Source: Bacillota bacterium (GTDB lineage: Bacteria > Bacillota_I > Bacilli_A > RF39 > UBA660). Taken from it: a stretch of 64,000 nucleotides of DNA. Under the pieces are notes generated by a model, which was not told the origin of the DNA, made no database searches, and was given only the letters and a program-made list of their open reading frames with translations. Position 1 is the first letter of the stretch. Each line of letters opens with the position of its first letter. Shown here piece after piece: positions 40,902 to 51,954 of this stretch. The translations under genes and the position numbers were made by a program. The DNA lies in assembly GCA_015059365.1 (NCBI GenBank), contig SVAO01000001.1, forward strand, positions 78,153 to 142,152. Direction: 5' to 3'.

Positions 40902-41915
40902 ATGATTAATAAAATATATGATAAAATAATCCAAACTATCAAAGAAAATTATAAAATAATTGTATTTTTTGTACTTGCTATGTTTGTTTTTACAATCGAA
41001 TTACCATATTATATTGAAGCACCAGGCGGGGTAATTAATATTGATGAAAGAATTGAAATAGAAGAAAAGACATACTCGTCTGGTACTCTTAACTTGGCCT
41101 ATGTATCTCAAATTAAAGCGACACTCCCAACACTTATATATGCAAAATTTAATAAAGATTGGGATATTTTGAAAAAATCAAAAGTTTTATATAATAATGA
41201 AACAGAGTTGGACGAAGCATATCGTAGTCATTTGCTTTTAAAAGAAGCTAATAATAATGCGGTAATAGTAGCTTATAAAGCTGCAAATAAAAAAATAGAA
41301 CTTTATAATGAACATTTATATATTATTTATGTTTCAGAAACTGCAAATACTGACCTCAAAATAGGGGATGAAATATTAGAAGTAGAGAATACTAGAATTA
41401 CTAGTAAAGACCAAATTGATGATATTGTTTTATCGCATGATATTGGTGATAAAATTCAACTGGTAGTTAAAAGAGATAACAAAGAAATAGAATGTTTTGG
41501 CATATTGAAAGAGGTAGAGGGTAAAAAAATAATTGGAGTGTCTCTTTCAAAAACTAGTGATATTATTACTGAACCCAAAATTAGTTTTAAATTCAAATCT
41601 TCTGAATCTGGTCCTTCTGGAGGATTCATGATGGCACTTTCTATATATGATGCGTTAGTAGAAGAAGATATTACCGGGGGTAAAAAAATAGTTGGTACTG
41701 GTACTATTGATGTAAATGGAAATATAGGATCAATTGGTGGTATAGAATATAAAATAAAAGGTGCAGTGAAAGAGAATGCTGATATATTTTTAGTTCCATT
41801 TGGTGAAAATTATGAAGAAGCAAAAAGAATAGTTGAGAAAAATGGATATAATCTTGAATTAATAGAAGTTAAAAATTTTCAAGATGCTTTAAATAAACTA
41901 AAAACATTTACATAA
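40902..41915 (+). CDS. YlbL/SepM-like membrane-anchored PDZ plus Lon-like (S16) protease
   Basis: N-terminal TM, PDZ domain (GDEILEVENTRI...), C-terminal Lon protease domain SGPSGGFMMALSIYDAL...GTGTID. Confidence 0.7.
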   Translation: MINKIYDKIIQTIKENYKIIVFFVLAMFVFTIELPYYIEAPGGVINIDERIEIEEKTYSSGTLNLAYVSQIKATLPTLIYAKFNKDWDILKKSKVLYNNETELDEAYRSHLLLKEANNNAVIVAYKAANKKIELYNEHLYIIYVSETANTDLKIGDEILEVENTRITSKDQIDDIVLSHDIGDKIQLVVKRDNKEIECFGILKEVEGKKIIGVSLSKTSDIITEPKISFKFKSSESGPSGGFMMALSIYDALVEEDITGGKKIVGTGTIDVNGNIGSIGGIEYKIKGAVKENADIFLVPFGENYEEAKRIVEKNGYNLELIEVKNFQDALNKLKTFT

Positions 41916-41936
41916 ACCAACTTTTGGTTTTTTTGA
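41914..41936 (+). terminator. rho-independent terminator
   Basis: aaaccaa-cttt-tggttt followed by TTTTT. Confidence 0.65.
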
Positions 41937-41961
41937 TATAATAATTTAAGAGGTGAGAGAC

Positions 41962-43725
41962 ATGATTAAAGAAAAACTTTCGTTAGTTCCGAATGAACCA
42001 GGATGTTATCTAATGAAAAACAAAGATAATATAATTATTTATGTAGGTAAAGCTAAAAAGTTAAAAAATAGATTAAGTTCATATTTTCATGGAACTCACT
42101 ATGGAAAAACATTGAAATTAGTAAGTGAAATAGTTGATTTTGAATATATTGTTGTTAGTAGTGAAACCGAATCATTAATTTTAGAACAAAATTTAATAAA
42201 AAAATATAATCCTAAATATAATATTTTACTCAGGGATGACAAAAGTTATCCGTATATTGAATTTACTAACGAAAAAGTTCCGAGACTATTAATAGTTAGA
42301 AATTTAAATCGCAAAAAAAACAATAGAAATAGACTTTTTGGACCTTATCCTAATGTTACAGCTGCAAGAAATACAGTAAATTTACTTAATAGAATATATC
42401 CATTAAGAAAATGTAGTACATATAATAAAAAGCCTTGTCTTTATTACCACATTAATCAATGCTTAGGCTATTGTACTAATGAAATTGATAAAGAAAAACT
42501 TAAAATTATGGAAGAAGAAATTATAAAGTTTTTAAGAGGTGATCATAGTTTAGTTTCTAATAAAATAAAAGAGGAAATGATAAAAGAAAGTGAACAACTA
42601 AATTATGAAAAGGCGAAAGAATTAAAAGAACTATATGATTATATAACTATAACTTTAAATAAACAAAAAGTTGAGATTGAAGACATCGTAGATAGAGATG
42701 TATTTGGATTCTATGAAGAAAAGGGAATGTTAAGTATTCAAGTTTTATTTATTAGAGGTGGCAAAATATTGGGAAGACACTCTAAAATATTTTCTATCAT
42801 AGATGAGATTTCAGATGAATTAAGTCGTTATATTTTAGGATTTTATGATAGAGATGTAATCAAACCGAAGGAAATATTACTACCTTGTGGTATAGATACA
42901 GATGTTTTAGAAAATATATTAGGTATTAAAGTCAAAACTCCGCAAAAAGGATTAAAGTTAAAAATAGTGGAAATGGCAAACGAAAACGCCAGAATTAGTT
43001 TAGAAAATGAATTTGAACTAATAAAAAGAGATGAACAAAAAACTGTTGGTGCTAATGAAGCATTAAGTGACTTATTAAATATTAAACCGCTTGATAGAAT
43101 TGAAATATTTGATAATTCCAATCTTTTTGGTAATTTTAATGTTTCCGGAATGGTTGTATTTTCTAATGGGAAACCAGATAAAAATGAGTATCGTAAATTT
43201 AAAATTACATTAGATAAAAATGATGATTATGGAACAATGAAAGAGGTTATTTATAGACGTTATTTTAGAGTGTTAAGAGATAATTTAGTAAAACCTAACC
43301 TAATTATTGTTGATGGTGGACTAGGACAAGTTAACGTTGCTAAAGAAGTCATAGATTCTCTTGGTTTAGATATTCCAGTAATAGGTTTAAAAAAAGATAA
43401 TAACCATCGTACAAACTCAATTGTTATGACAGATCCTGTTAGGGAAATTAGAATTGAACACAGGAGTGATGTTTTCTACTATTTAGAAAGAATGCAAGAT
43501 GAGGTTCATAATTTTACTATTAATTATCATAAACAATTAAGAAGTAAGGGAGCCCTTGAAAGTATTTTGTTGAATGTTTCTGGCATTGGTTCAAAAAGAA
43601 GGGATGAACTATTAAAAAAATATAAAACAATTAACAAAATTAAAGAAGCTTCTATTGATGAACTATGTAAGATACTTCCCAAAAATATAGCGACTAATTT
43701 AAAAGATTTTTTGAAAGAATATTAA
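41962..43725 (+). CDS. uvrC: excinuclease ABC subunit C
   Basis: GIY-YIG N-terminal nuclease (GCYLMKNKDNIIIYVGKAKKLKNRLSSYF), UvrBC-interaction region, RNaseH-like endonuclease and HhH C-terminus. Confidence 0.85.
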   Translation: MIKEKLSLVPNEPGCYLMKNKDNIIIYVGKAKKLKNRLSSYFHGTHYGKTLKLVSEIVDFEYIVVSSETESLILEQNLIKKYNPKYNILLRDDKSYPYIEFTNEKVPRLLIVRNLNRKKNNRNRLFGPYPNVTAARNTVNLLNRIYPLRKCSTYNKKPCLYYHINQCLGYCTNEIDKEKLKIMEEEIIKFLRGDHSLVSNKIKEEMIKESEQLNYEKAKELKELYDYITITLNKQKVEIEDIVDRDVFGFYEEKGMLSIQVLFIRGGKILGRHSKIFSIIDEISDELSRYILGFYDRDVIKPKEILLPCGIDTDVLENILGIKVKTPQKGLKLKIVEMANENARISLENEFELIKRDEQKTVGANEALSDLLNIKPLDRIEIFDNSNLFGNFNVSGMVVFSNGKPDKNEYRKFKITLDKNDDYGTMKEVIYRRYFRVLRDNLVKPNLIIVDGGLGQVNVAKEVIDSLGLDIPVIGLKKDNNHRTNSIVMTDPVREIRIEHRSDVFYYLERMQDEVHNFTINYHKQLRSKGALESILLNVSGIGSKRRDELLKKYKTINKIKEASIDELCKILPKNIATNLKDFLKEY

Positions 43726-43779
43726 AAACATATTCTTTTTTTTATTGTATAAACATGTTAAAATATTGTTGGTGGTAGT

Positions 43780-45537
43780 ATGTCTAAAATAAAAGTTATG
43801 GATGAATTGTTAGCTAATAAGATTGCGGCAGGAGAAGTAGTTGAAAAATGTGCATCTGTTGTAAAAGAATTAGTCGAAAACAGTATTGACGCAGAGTCAA
43901 CAATTATAAAAATAGATTTAATAGATTCTGGGATTAAAGAAATAAAAGTAACGGATAATGGAATCGGGATGGTTCGTGAAGATGCGGAATTAGCATTTTT
44001 TCGTCATGCTACAAGTAAAATAAAAGATGAAAGTGATTTATACCGTATTAATACACTAGGTTTTAGGGGTGAGGCTTTAGCGTCTATTGCCAGTGTAAGT
44101 AAGGTAACATTAAAAACTTCTACTGGAGAGTTAGGTACTATTGTAAATATTAATGGTGGAATAGTGGAAAGCATTACTAATGGTGATGCAAGAAAGGGTA
44201 CTATTATTTCGGTTCGTGATTTATTTTTTAATACTCCGGCACGTTTAAAACATTTAAAAAGTTTACAAAGTGAGTTGGCTAATATAACAGATTATATTAA
44301 TAAATTAGCACTTTCTCATCCAAATATAAAATTTACACTAACAAACAATGAGGTAGTAGTTTTAAATACTGATGGAACAGGGAATTTGCTTAAGACAATT
44401 AATGCAATTTATGGGACAGAAGTTAGTAGAAATATGTTTGAGGTTACTTGTGAAAATGATGATTATGAAGTTTCTGGTTACATAAGTGCCCCTTTCATTA
44501 ACCGTTCTAGTCGCAATCATATTGTGACTTTAGTAAATGGAAGAATTGTTCGTAATCAAGAGTTGAATAGAATTATTAATGATGGATATCATTCCTATAA
44601 ACCAGATAATCGTTATCCGATAGTGGTATTAAATATAGAAGTAGACCCAAGTTTAATAGATGTTAATATTCATCCAACTAAAATGGATATAAAGTTTTCT
44701 AAATTTGATGGCTTAATTGAACTTATTTCAAATATGGTAAAGAGTAAAATTGGTAAAAAAAATTTGATACCTAAAATTGAGGTTAAAGATGAAGTTGTAA
44801 TAGAAAAGCCAAAATATGAAGAAATAACTTTAGATTTAGAAAGAGTAAGTGAGCCTGAGGTTTACTATAATCCCATTGAAATCAATACCAGTTTAATAGA
44901 TACACAAGTTGATGAAGATATTGAAGAAAAAGGAGAGCGAATGCCAGAAATATATCCTGTTGGATTGGTTCACGGAACTTATATTATAGGTCAAAACGAA
45001 CTAGGGATGTATTTAATAGATCAACATGCGGCCAAAGAAAGAATTAATTATGAATATTATAAAGAAAAATTAGGTAATCCAAAGAATGATTCAATTTCAC
45101 TCTTGTTTCCTTTTGTAATAGAACTTACTAATAATGAATTTATAATTGTTAAAGAAAAGTTGGATGTTCTTAGAAGTTTAAAATTTGATGTAGAGGAATT
45201 TGGTGTAAACTCGGTAATTATTAAGAGTCATCCAGCGTGGTTACCAGTGGGATATGAAGAAGTATCTACTAGAAAAATTATTGAAATAATTTTAAATACA
45301 GGTTCAAATTTTTCTATTGTTAAGTTTAATGAAAAATTAGCTATAACACTTAGTTGTAAACTTGCAATTAAAGCAAACGAAAATATAACATTAGAAGAGC
45401 AGGAACAATTGATAAATGATTTAAGAAAATGTGATAATCCATTTAATTGTCCTCATGGTAGACCCACAACAATTTTTTATTCAAATTATGATTTAGAAAA
45501 GTTATTTAAAAGAAGTGGATTTGATAAAATAGTATAG
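43780..45537 (+). CDS. mutL: DNA mismatch repair protein MutL
   Basis: GHKL ATPase N-terminus (AAGEVVE...ELVENSIDA, DNGIGM), dimerization C-terminal domain. Confidence 0.85.
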   Translation: MSKIKVMDELLANKIAAGEVVEKCASVVKELVENSIDAESTIIKIDLIDSGIKEIKVTDNGIGMVREDAELAFFRHATSKIKDESDLYRINTLGFRGEALASIASVSKVTLKTSTGELGTIVNINGGIVESITNGDARKGTIISVRDLFFNTPARLKHLKSLQSELANITDYINKLALSHPNIKFTLTNNEVVVLNTDGTGNLLKTINAIYGTEVSRNMFEVTCENDDYEVSGYISAPFINRSSRNHIVTLVNGRIVRNQELNRIINDGYHSYKPDNRYPIVVLNIEVDPSLIDVNIHPTKMDIKFSKFDGLIELISNMVKSKIGKKNLIPKIEVKDEVVIEKPKYEEITLDLERVSEPEVYYNPIEINTSLIDTQVDEDIEEKGERMPEIYPVGLVHGTYIIGQNELGMYLIDQHAAKERINYEYYKEKLGNPKNDSISLLFPFVIELTNNEFIIVKEKLDVLRSLKFDVEEFGVNSVIIKSHPAWLPVGYEEVSTRKIIEIILNTGSNFSIVKFNEKLAITLSCKLAIKANENITLEEQEQLINDLRKCDNPFNCPHGRPTTIFYSNYDLEKLFKRSGFDKIV

Positions 45538-45602
45538 AAAATAAAGAAATATGATTTATTTTCTTAAGATTTTTGATATAATTAAAGTTAGGAGTTGATT
45601 TT

Positions 45603-47027
45603 ATGGCTAATAAAGCTATTACTAGTAGAGATGTTGATTTTGCTAAATGGTACACAGATGTAGTTAAAGCTGCACATTTGGCTGATTATTCAAATGTAAA
45701 AGGGTGTACTGTTTTTGAACCAAATGGATATGCTATTTGGGAAAGAATGCAAGAAGTTTTAGATAAAATGTTTAAAGATACAGGGCATAAAAATGTTTAT
45801 ATGCCAGTTCTTATTCCAGAAAACCTAATGAAAAAAGAGGGAGAATTAATAGAAGGTTTTGCTCCTGAAGTAGCATGGGTAACTATGGGCGGAAGTAAAG
45901 AATTAGAAGAACGTATGTGCATTAGACCTACTAGCGAAACTTTATTTAGTGACTATTATTCTAGTAAGGTTAAATCATATCGTGATTTACCATTAAAATA
46001 TAATCAATGGTGTAATGTTATGCGTTGGGAAAAAGAAACAAGACCATTTTTAAGAAGTCGTGAATTCTTATGGCAAGAAGGGCATACTGTTCATGAAAGT
46101 AGTGCTGAGGCTGAAAAAGAAACAAAAGATATGTTAAATGTATATAAAACATTCTTTGAAGAGTATTTAGCCATTCCAGTAATAACTGGAAAGAAAACAG
46201 AAAAAGAAAAATTTGCCGGAGCGGAATATAGTTTGACAATAGAGTCTTTAATGTATAATGGAGTATCACTTCAATCTGGAACCAGCCATTATTTTGGTCA
46301 AAAATTTTCAAAAGCGTATGACATTAAGTTTTCAAATCGTAATAATGAATTAGAGTATGCATACCAAACTTCATGGGGGGTTACAACACGTATGATTGGG
46401 GCTTTAATTATGGTTCATAGTGATGATGATGGATTAGTACTTCCTCCACGTATTGCACCAACTCAAGTTATAATTATTCCGATTGGAGATAATGATGAAG
46501 TTAAAAATTTAAGCAATAATATTTATGACAAATTAAAAGCAAACAGTATTAAAGTTGATATAGATAATAGTGAAAAATCTCCTGGATTTAAATTTGCTGA
46601 AGCTGAAGTAAATGGTATACCGGTTAGAATTGAAATTGGTGTAAGAGATTTAGAAAATAATGAAATTACAATTGCTCGCCGTGATACAAAAGAAAAAATA
46701 AAAATAAATAAAGACGAAGATATTGTAAATATAGTAAACAATTTAATGGATAAAATACAAAATAATTTGTATGAACAAGCAAAACTTCGTCGTGACGAAT
46801 TAACATATGAATGTTATAAATTAGAAGAAGTAGAAAAAATTATGAATAGTAAGCCAGGATTTATTAGAGCCATGTGGTGTGGAGATGAGGCTTGCGAATT
46901 AAAAATGAAAGAAATTCGTGGAACAAAATCTCGTTGTATTTTAGAAAATGAAAAAGCAATTGACGATAAATGTATAGTGTGTGGTAAAGAAGCAAAACAT
47001 TTAGTAGTTTGGGGTATTCAATATTAA
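45603..47027 (+). CDS. proS: proline--tRNA ligase, archaeal/eukaryotic-type (no INS editing domain)
   Basis: 474 aa class II aaRS with C-terminal zinc-binding domain (CIVCGKEAK); N-terminus MANKAITSR...FAKWYTDVV typical of type 3 ProRS. Confidence 0.85.
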   Translation: MANKAITSRDVDFAKWYTDVVKAAHLADYSNVKGCTVFEPNGYAIWERMQEVLDKMFKDTGHKNVYMPVLIPENLMKKEGELIEGFAPEVAWVTMGGSKELEERMCIRPTSETLFSDYYSSKVKSYRDLPLKYNQWCNVMRWEKETRPFLRSREFLWQEGHTVHESSAEAEKETKDMLNVYKTFFEEYLAIPVITGKKTEKEKFAGAEYSLTIESLMYNGVSLQSGTSHYFGQKFSKAYDIKFSNRNNELEYAYQTSWGVTTRMIGALIMVHSDDDGLVLPPRIAPTQVIIIPIGDNDEVKNLSNNIYDKLKANSIKVDIDNSEKSPGFKFAEAEVNGIPVRIEIGVRDLENNEITIARRDTKEKIKINKDEDIVNIVNNLMDKIQNNLYEQAKLRRDELTYECYKLEEVEKIMNSKPGFIRAMWCGDEACELKMKEIRGTKSRCILENEKAIDDKCIVCGKEAKHLVVWGIQY

Positions 47028-47042
47028 TTTGTATTCGTCTAC

Positions 47043-47068
47043 AAGCAAGGAATTTCCTTGCTTTTTCT
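47043..47068 (+). terminator. rho-independent terminator after proS
   Basis: aagcaagg-aattt-ccttgctt followed by TTTTT. Confidence 0.7.
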
Positions 47069-47118
47069 TATGATTGTTGGTAAAATAATTGATAGATAAT
47101 AATTAGGATGTGAATAGT

Positions 47119-50064
47119 ATGTACTTAAAAAAAATAATTGCGCACGGATTTAAATCGTTCGCAGATAAAATCATATTTGACCTAAATGAAGGGATAACTG
47201 GAATAGTAGGACCAAACGGTAGTGGTAAAAGTAATGTGGTAGATGCAGTACGTTGGGTATTGGGAGAACAATCAGTAAGACAATTACGTGGAGATGGGAA
47301 TATGACTGACGTAATATTTTCTGGTAGTAAATCAAGAAATGGCGCTAACACAGCTTCAGTAACACTGATATTTGACAATACAGATAATTATTTTCCTGTT
47401 TCGTTTTCTGAAGTATCTATTAAAAGAAGAGTATATAGAGATGGAACTAATGAATATTACTTAAATGGTGAAAAATGTCGTTTAAAAGATATTACTGATA
47501 TTTTATTAGATAGTGGTATCGCTAAAGAAAGTTTCAATATTATTTCTCAAGGAAAAATTGAAGAAATAATTGCTAGTAAACCTAGTGAACGTCGTGTAAT
47601 TTTAGAAGAGGCAGCAGGTGTCTTAAAATATAAACGTCGTAAAGAAGATGCACTAAGAAAATTAGAACGAACTCATGAAAATATGAGTCGTGTTAATGAT
47701 ATAATTAATGAATTAGAAGTACAGGTTTCACCATTAAAAGAACAAAAAGAACAGGCATTAAAATATATTGAAGCTAAAGAAGAACTAGAAAATATTGAGG
47801 TTGCATTAATTGCTCATGATATAACACACATTAATTATGATTATCAGGAAAAGAAAGCAAGAATTAAAGAAATTGAAAATGAAATTTTAGGAATGGGGTC
47901 AAACAATTCAACAGGCGAGGCAGAACTAGTTTCAAAGAAATTAGAACTAGAAAAATTAACCGGAGAAATTTCCATTAGTCAGCAAACACTTCTATCTAAA
48001 ACTGAAGAAGTTGAAAAATTAAACAGTCGTAAAAACATTATTACAGAAAGAAAAAATTATGCTGTAGAAGATTCTAAATTACATGCCCAAGTATTGTTGT
48101 TAACAGAACAAAACTATCAGGTAAAAAACGATATTGAGGCATACCAAGTAAAATTAGAACAAGAAAATAAACGTTTATTAGATATTAACGAAAAAATTAC
48201 TAATTTACAAAAAGATATAGATAAAGAGCGAAATGTTAAAGGAGGTTTTCAAACAAAACTTTCCGATTATGTGCGTAATGAAAATATTGTTAAAGCTAAA
48301 ATTGAAAGTTTACAAAATTCAATCGAAAACAATGATTTATTGCCATATGCAGTAAAAGCAGTGCTTAATAATCCTAAATTAGGTGGCATCCATAACACGA
48401 TAGGAAATGTTATAGATGCTTTAGAAAAATATTCTTTAGCTATTTCGATAGCATTAGGGGCAAACAGTTCTAATATTATAGTTGATAATGAATTATCTGC
48501 TAAAGAAGCAATTACTTATTTAAAAAATAATAATTTAGGCCGTGCTACATTCTTTCCTTTGAATGTAATTAAACCAAAAGGTATTTATGAAGATGTTTTA
48601 AATAGTATTCAAAATGATCCTAATTTTATAGGAATTGCTGCTAATTTAGTTAAATATGATTCTAAGTTTCATAATATAATTCAAAACCAATTAGGAAATG
48701 TTATTGTTGCTAACAATTTGGACGGAGCTAATATTATTAGTAAAAAAATTAACCACAGTTATAGAATTGTTACTTTAGATGGAGAGATTTTACATGTAGG
48801 TGGTTCTATTACCGGTGGTGGAACTTCTAAGGTACGTACAAGCATATTAGAACGTCATGAGTTGGAACAATATATTAATTCTCTTAAAAATATAGAACGT
48901 GATATAAAGAAAATGGAAATTGAAATCAATGATAGTGACTCTAAGATAAAATCATTGGAAGATAAACTTTATTTGATTACAAAAGATAAAGTGAACGTAA
49001 GTGAAACAATAAATACTTATCATAATCAATTAAATGCATTAAAAGAAACTAATGTTAATTTAGAAAATCAAATAAGTGGCACTAATAATATTATTGATAA
49101 TAATTTATCAAAAGAAGAAGAAGAGGTATTAAATGCTTATTATAATGCTAGTAAAGAAAAAGAAAGTATTGCTTTAAAAATATCGTCATTGCAAGGAAAA
49201 GAAACAGAATTAAAAGAAGAAATTAATGAACTTGAAATTACTATTAGAAAAGATAATGCATTATATAATAGTAAAAACAAAGAATTAAAAGATTTGGAAA
49301 TCGAATTGAATAGAGCAGATGTAAAACTTGATAATTTATTAAATGTTTTAAGTGAAACTTATAATATTACCTATGAAAAAGCAGACAGTTTATATAAATT
49401 AGAGATGGATATAGATGTTGCTAGAAATAAAGTTCAAACATTGAAAAAGATAATTAAAGATTTAGGTGTAGTTAACTTGGCAGCTCCTGAAGAATATGAT
49501 CGTGTTAGTGTTAGATATGAGTTTTTGATTAAACAACGAGATGATTTGGTAAGTGCAGAAAACACATTACTTGAAATAATTTCTGAAATGGATAGTGTCA
49601 TGGCCAATGACTTTAAAACTACTTTTGAAATAGTAAATGAGCACTTTACCCAAACCTTTAAAGAACTGTTTAAAGGTGGTAATGCATCATTAAAATTAAC
49701 AGACCCATCTAATTTGTTAGAAACTGGAGTTGAAATTATCGCGTCCCCTCCAGGGAAGAAGTTAACAACAATTTCACTTTTGTCAGGAGGAGAAAAAACT
49801 TTTACAGCCATCAGTTTGTTGTTTGCTATTTTAAAATCGCGAAGTGTTCCTTTCTGTATACTGGATGAGGTTGAAGCAGCACTAGATGAAGTTAATGTTG
49901 ATAGTTTTGGAAAGTATCTAGTTAACTTAAAAACAAAAACACAATTTATTCTGATTACACATAAAAAAAGAACTATGGAATATGCGGAAACTTTATATGG
50001 GATTACAATGCAAGAATCTGGAGTTAGTAAACTTGTTAGTGTTAAGTTAGAGGAAATTAAATAG
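47119..50064 (+). CDS. smc: chromosome segregation protein SMC
   Basis: Walker A GPNGSGKSN, long coiled coils, hinge, C-terminal signature LSGGEK and Walker B ILDEVEAALD. Confidence 0.9.
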   Translation: MYLKKIIAHGFKSFADKIIFDLNEGITGIVGPNGSGKSNVVDAVRWVLGEQSVRQLRGDGNMTDVIFSGSKSRNGANTASVTLIFDNTDNYFPVSFSEVSIKRRVYRDGTNEYYLNGEKCRLKDITDILLDSGIAKESFNIISQGKIEEIIASKPSERRVILEEAAGVLKYKRRKEDALRKLERTHENMSRVNDIINELEVQVSPLKEQKEQALKYIEAKEELENIEVALIAHDITHINYDYQEKKARIKEIENEILGMGSNNSTGEAELVSKKLELEKLTGEISISQQTLLSKTEEVEKLNSRKNIITERKNYAVEDSKLHAQVLLLTEQNYQVKNDIEAYQVKLEQENKRLLDINEKITNLQKDIDKERNVKGGFQTKLSDYVRNENIVKAKIESLQNSIENNDLLPYAVKAVLNNPKLGGIHNTIGNVIDALEKYSLAISIALGANSSNIIVDNELSAKEAITYLKNNNLGRATFFPLNVIKPKGIYEDVLNSIQNDPNFIGIAANLVKYDSKFHNIIQNQLGNVIVANNLDGANIISKKINHSYRIVTLDGEILHVGGSITGGGTSKVRTSILERHELEQYINSLKNIERDIKKMEIEINDSDSKIKSLEDKLYLITKDKVNVSETINTYHNQLNALKETNVNLENQISGTNNIIDNNLSKEEEEVLNAYYNASKEKESIALKISSLQGKETELKEEINELEITIRKDNALYNSKNKELKDLEIELNRADVKLDNLLNVLSETYNITYEKADSLYKLEMDIDVARNKVQTLKKIIKDLGVVNLAAPEEYDRVSVRYEFLIKQRDDLVSAENTLLEIISEMDSVMANDFKTTFEIVNEHFTQTFKELFKGGNASLKLTDPSNLLETGVEIIASPPGKKLTTISLLSGGEKTFTAISLLFAILKSRSVPFCILDEVEAALDEVNVDSFGKYLVNLKTKTQFILITHKKRTMEYAETLYGITMQESGVSKLVSVKLEEIK

Positions 50065-50107
50065 AATAAAAAATAAAAACGTAAATAATAAAATTTACTA
50101 AATTATT

Positions 50108-50133
50108 CCACTATACATTATAGTGGTTTTTTG
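50108..50133 (+). terminator. rho-independent terminator after smc
   Basis: ccactatacattatagtgg followed by TTTTTT. Confidence 0.7.
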
Positions 50134-50167
50134 TTATAATTATGTAGTATAGTAGTGAGGTGAAAAG

Positions 50168-51946
50168 ATGAAAAAAAGTTTAAATATATTTTTAATATTA
50201 ATTTTGATCTTTTCGCATTTTTATATTCCGCTAGATTTAGTTTTGGCAACCTCAGAAGAAACTTGGTCAGGTTATACTGTAATTAGCGGCTCATTAACAG
50301 TTCATAGTACGCCTGCATTAGGTGATTTTAATTATGTTGAAGAAATACCTCCTTATATAAGTTTTAGAGTGATTGGTCAAGAAGGGGATTTTTATAAAAT
50401 AATTTATGGTGAGGATAATAAAGAAGGTTGGGTTTATTATCAAACTATTAAAAAGTCTAGTGAATTTACAGAGGGGTCATATGGTAGACCTTGGACTACT
50501 CCTGCAAAAGCAATTATAGGAGGAGCTAAACTTATCGCAGAAAGTTATATTTCTAAAGGACAATTTACTTCTTATTTAAAAAAGTTTCAAGTTAATCCTA
50601 ATGCCAACGCTAATCTTTATTCACATCAATATATGACAAATATTAGGGCCCCTTGGGTAGAGGCTAGAACTAGTTATAAAGCTTATAGTCAAGTTTTAAG
50701 TGATATTGCCTTTACATTTACAATTCCAGTATTTGAAAATATGCCAGAAGAAACACTTTTATCGGGAATGACTAACAAGGGAAAAACAATGACCAAAGAA
50801 GAGTTAGTTGAGGCTTTAAAAGATACAGAAATATCTGCAGAAACATTTGAAACAGAAATGGATAATCAAGGTTTTTCTGAAAGTTATAAAAAATATTTAA
50901 GAAACTTATATTATAATTATCCAAATTGGAAGTTTGTTGCTTTAAATACAGGGATAGAGTGGAGTTCTGCTATAAAAGCTGAAATACCTAAAAGTTGTAT
51001 CGAAGTAAGCAGTGGGCACGCAACTAACGAAGGATGTGGCAACGAAAGTTCAAATTGGGCTATGGCAAGCAGTGATGCAGTAAAATATTTTATGGATCCT
51101 AGAAACTTTCTAGACAAAGAGTCTATATTTATGTTTGAAGATTTATCGTCTCACTCTAATGTTACTGAAAGTATGGTTCAAAGAATTTTAAATGGAACAT
51201 TTATGGCTGGAAAATCAGAGATAGATAATATGAATTATGCTACTATTTTTCTAAATGCTGGAAAAGATAATAATGTTAATCCAGTATATCTAGCTAGTCT
51301 CTCACTTCAAGAGGTTGGCATAAATGGATCTATGCAAACAAGAGGAGAAAGTTTTGAATGGTATGGTTTGAAATATTCTTCATTATATAATTTTTATAAT
51401 ATCGGAGCGACCGGTCAATTTACTGCTCGCGGAGGTCTCGTTTGGGCTAGTGGTGGTAGTCCTGATGTGTTTGAATTTATAGATGAAATAACTATTCCAG
51501 AAATTCCTGAAGAACTTCCAGAAGAAAAACCTGCTACAGATTTTGAAAGTTTTATCACCAATGCAGGTTATAAAATTAACGGAAATTACATAAAAGATAT
51601 AAAGATTGGTACTAAAGTATCAGATGTTAAAACACAAATAACTGGTCTAACAGTTTCTATTTTAAATGCGGAAAATGTAGAATTATCTGATGACAATTTA
51701 ATTGGTACTGGAAACATTTTAACTTTGAATGATGGTGTAGAAACATACAGTAAAGCCATTGTTATAAATGGCGATGTAGATGGTGATGGAAATATTTTTG
51801 CAGCAGATTATGTGTTGGTAAAAAACCATATTATGGAAGTTACAACACTATCTGATATTCAAAAAGAGGCTACAGATATGAATGCAAATCTTCAGATAGA
51901 TGCTGGAGATTATGTGTTGATAAAAAATTATATTATGAATAATTAG
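50168..51946 (+). CDS. secreted cell-wall hydrolase-like protein: signal peptide, SH3b-like domain, glucosaminidase/GH73-like central domain (tentative), C-terminal dockerin
   Basis: signal peptide; SH3b-like segment (GYTVISGSL...GDFYKII...EGWVYY); C-terminal two-repeat dockerin GDVDGDGNIFAADYVLVKNHIM / DMNANLQIDAGDYVLIKNYIM matching the Ca-binding D-x-[DN]-x-D-G consensus. Confidence 0.55.
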   Translation: MKKSLNIFLILILIFSHFYIPLDLVLATSEETWSGYTVISGSLTVHSTPALGDFNYVEEIPPYISFRVIGQEGDFYKIIYGEDNKEGWVYYQTIKKSSEFTEGSYGRPWTTPAKAIIGGAKLIAESYISKGQFTSYLKKFQVNPNANANLYSHQYMTNIRAPWVEARTSYKAYSQVLSDIAFTFTIPVFENMPEETLLSGMTNKGKTMTKEELVEALKDTEISAETFETEMDNQGFSESYKKYLRNLYYNYPNWKFVALNTGIEWSSAIKAEIPKSCIEVSSGHATNEGCGNESSNWAMASSDAVKYFMDPRNFLDKESIFMFEDLSSHSNVTESMVQRILNGTFMAGKSEIDNMNYATIFLNAGKDNNVNPVYLASLSLQEVGINGSMQTRGESFEWYGLKYSSLYNFYNIGATGQFTARGGLVWASGGSPDVFEFIDEITIPEIPEELPEEKPATDFESFITNAGYKINGNYIKDIKIGTKVSDVKTQITGLTVSILNAENVELSDDNLIGTGNILTLNDGVETYSKAIVINGDVDGDGNIFAADYVLVKNHIMEVTTLSDIQKEATDMNANLQIDAGDYVLIKNYIMNN

Positions 51947-51954
51947 GAGGAACT

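Noticed and set aside
45538-45602. Looked for a T-box leader upstream of proS
   Set aside because: Intergenic region is only 65 bp, far too short for a T-box; none called
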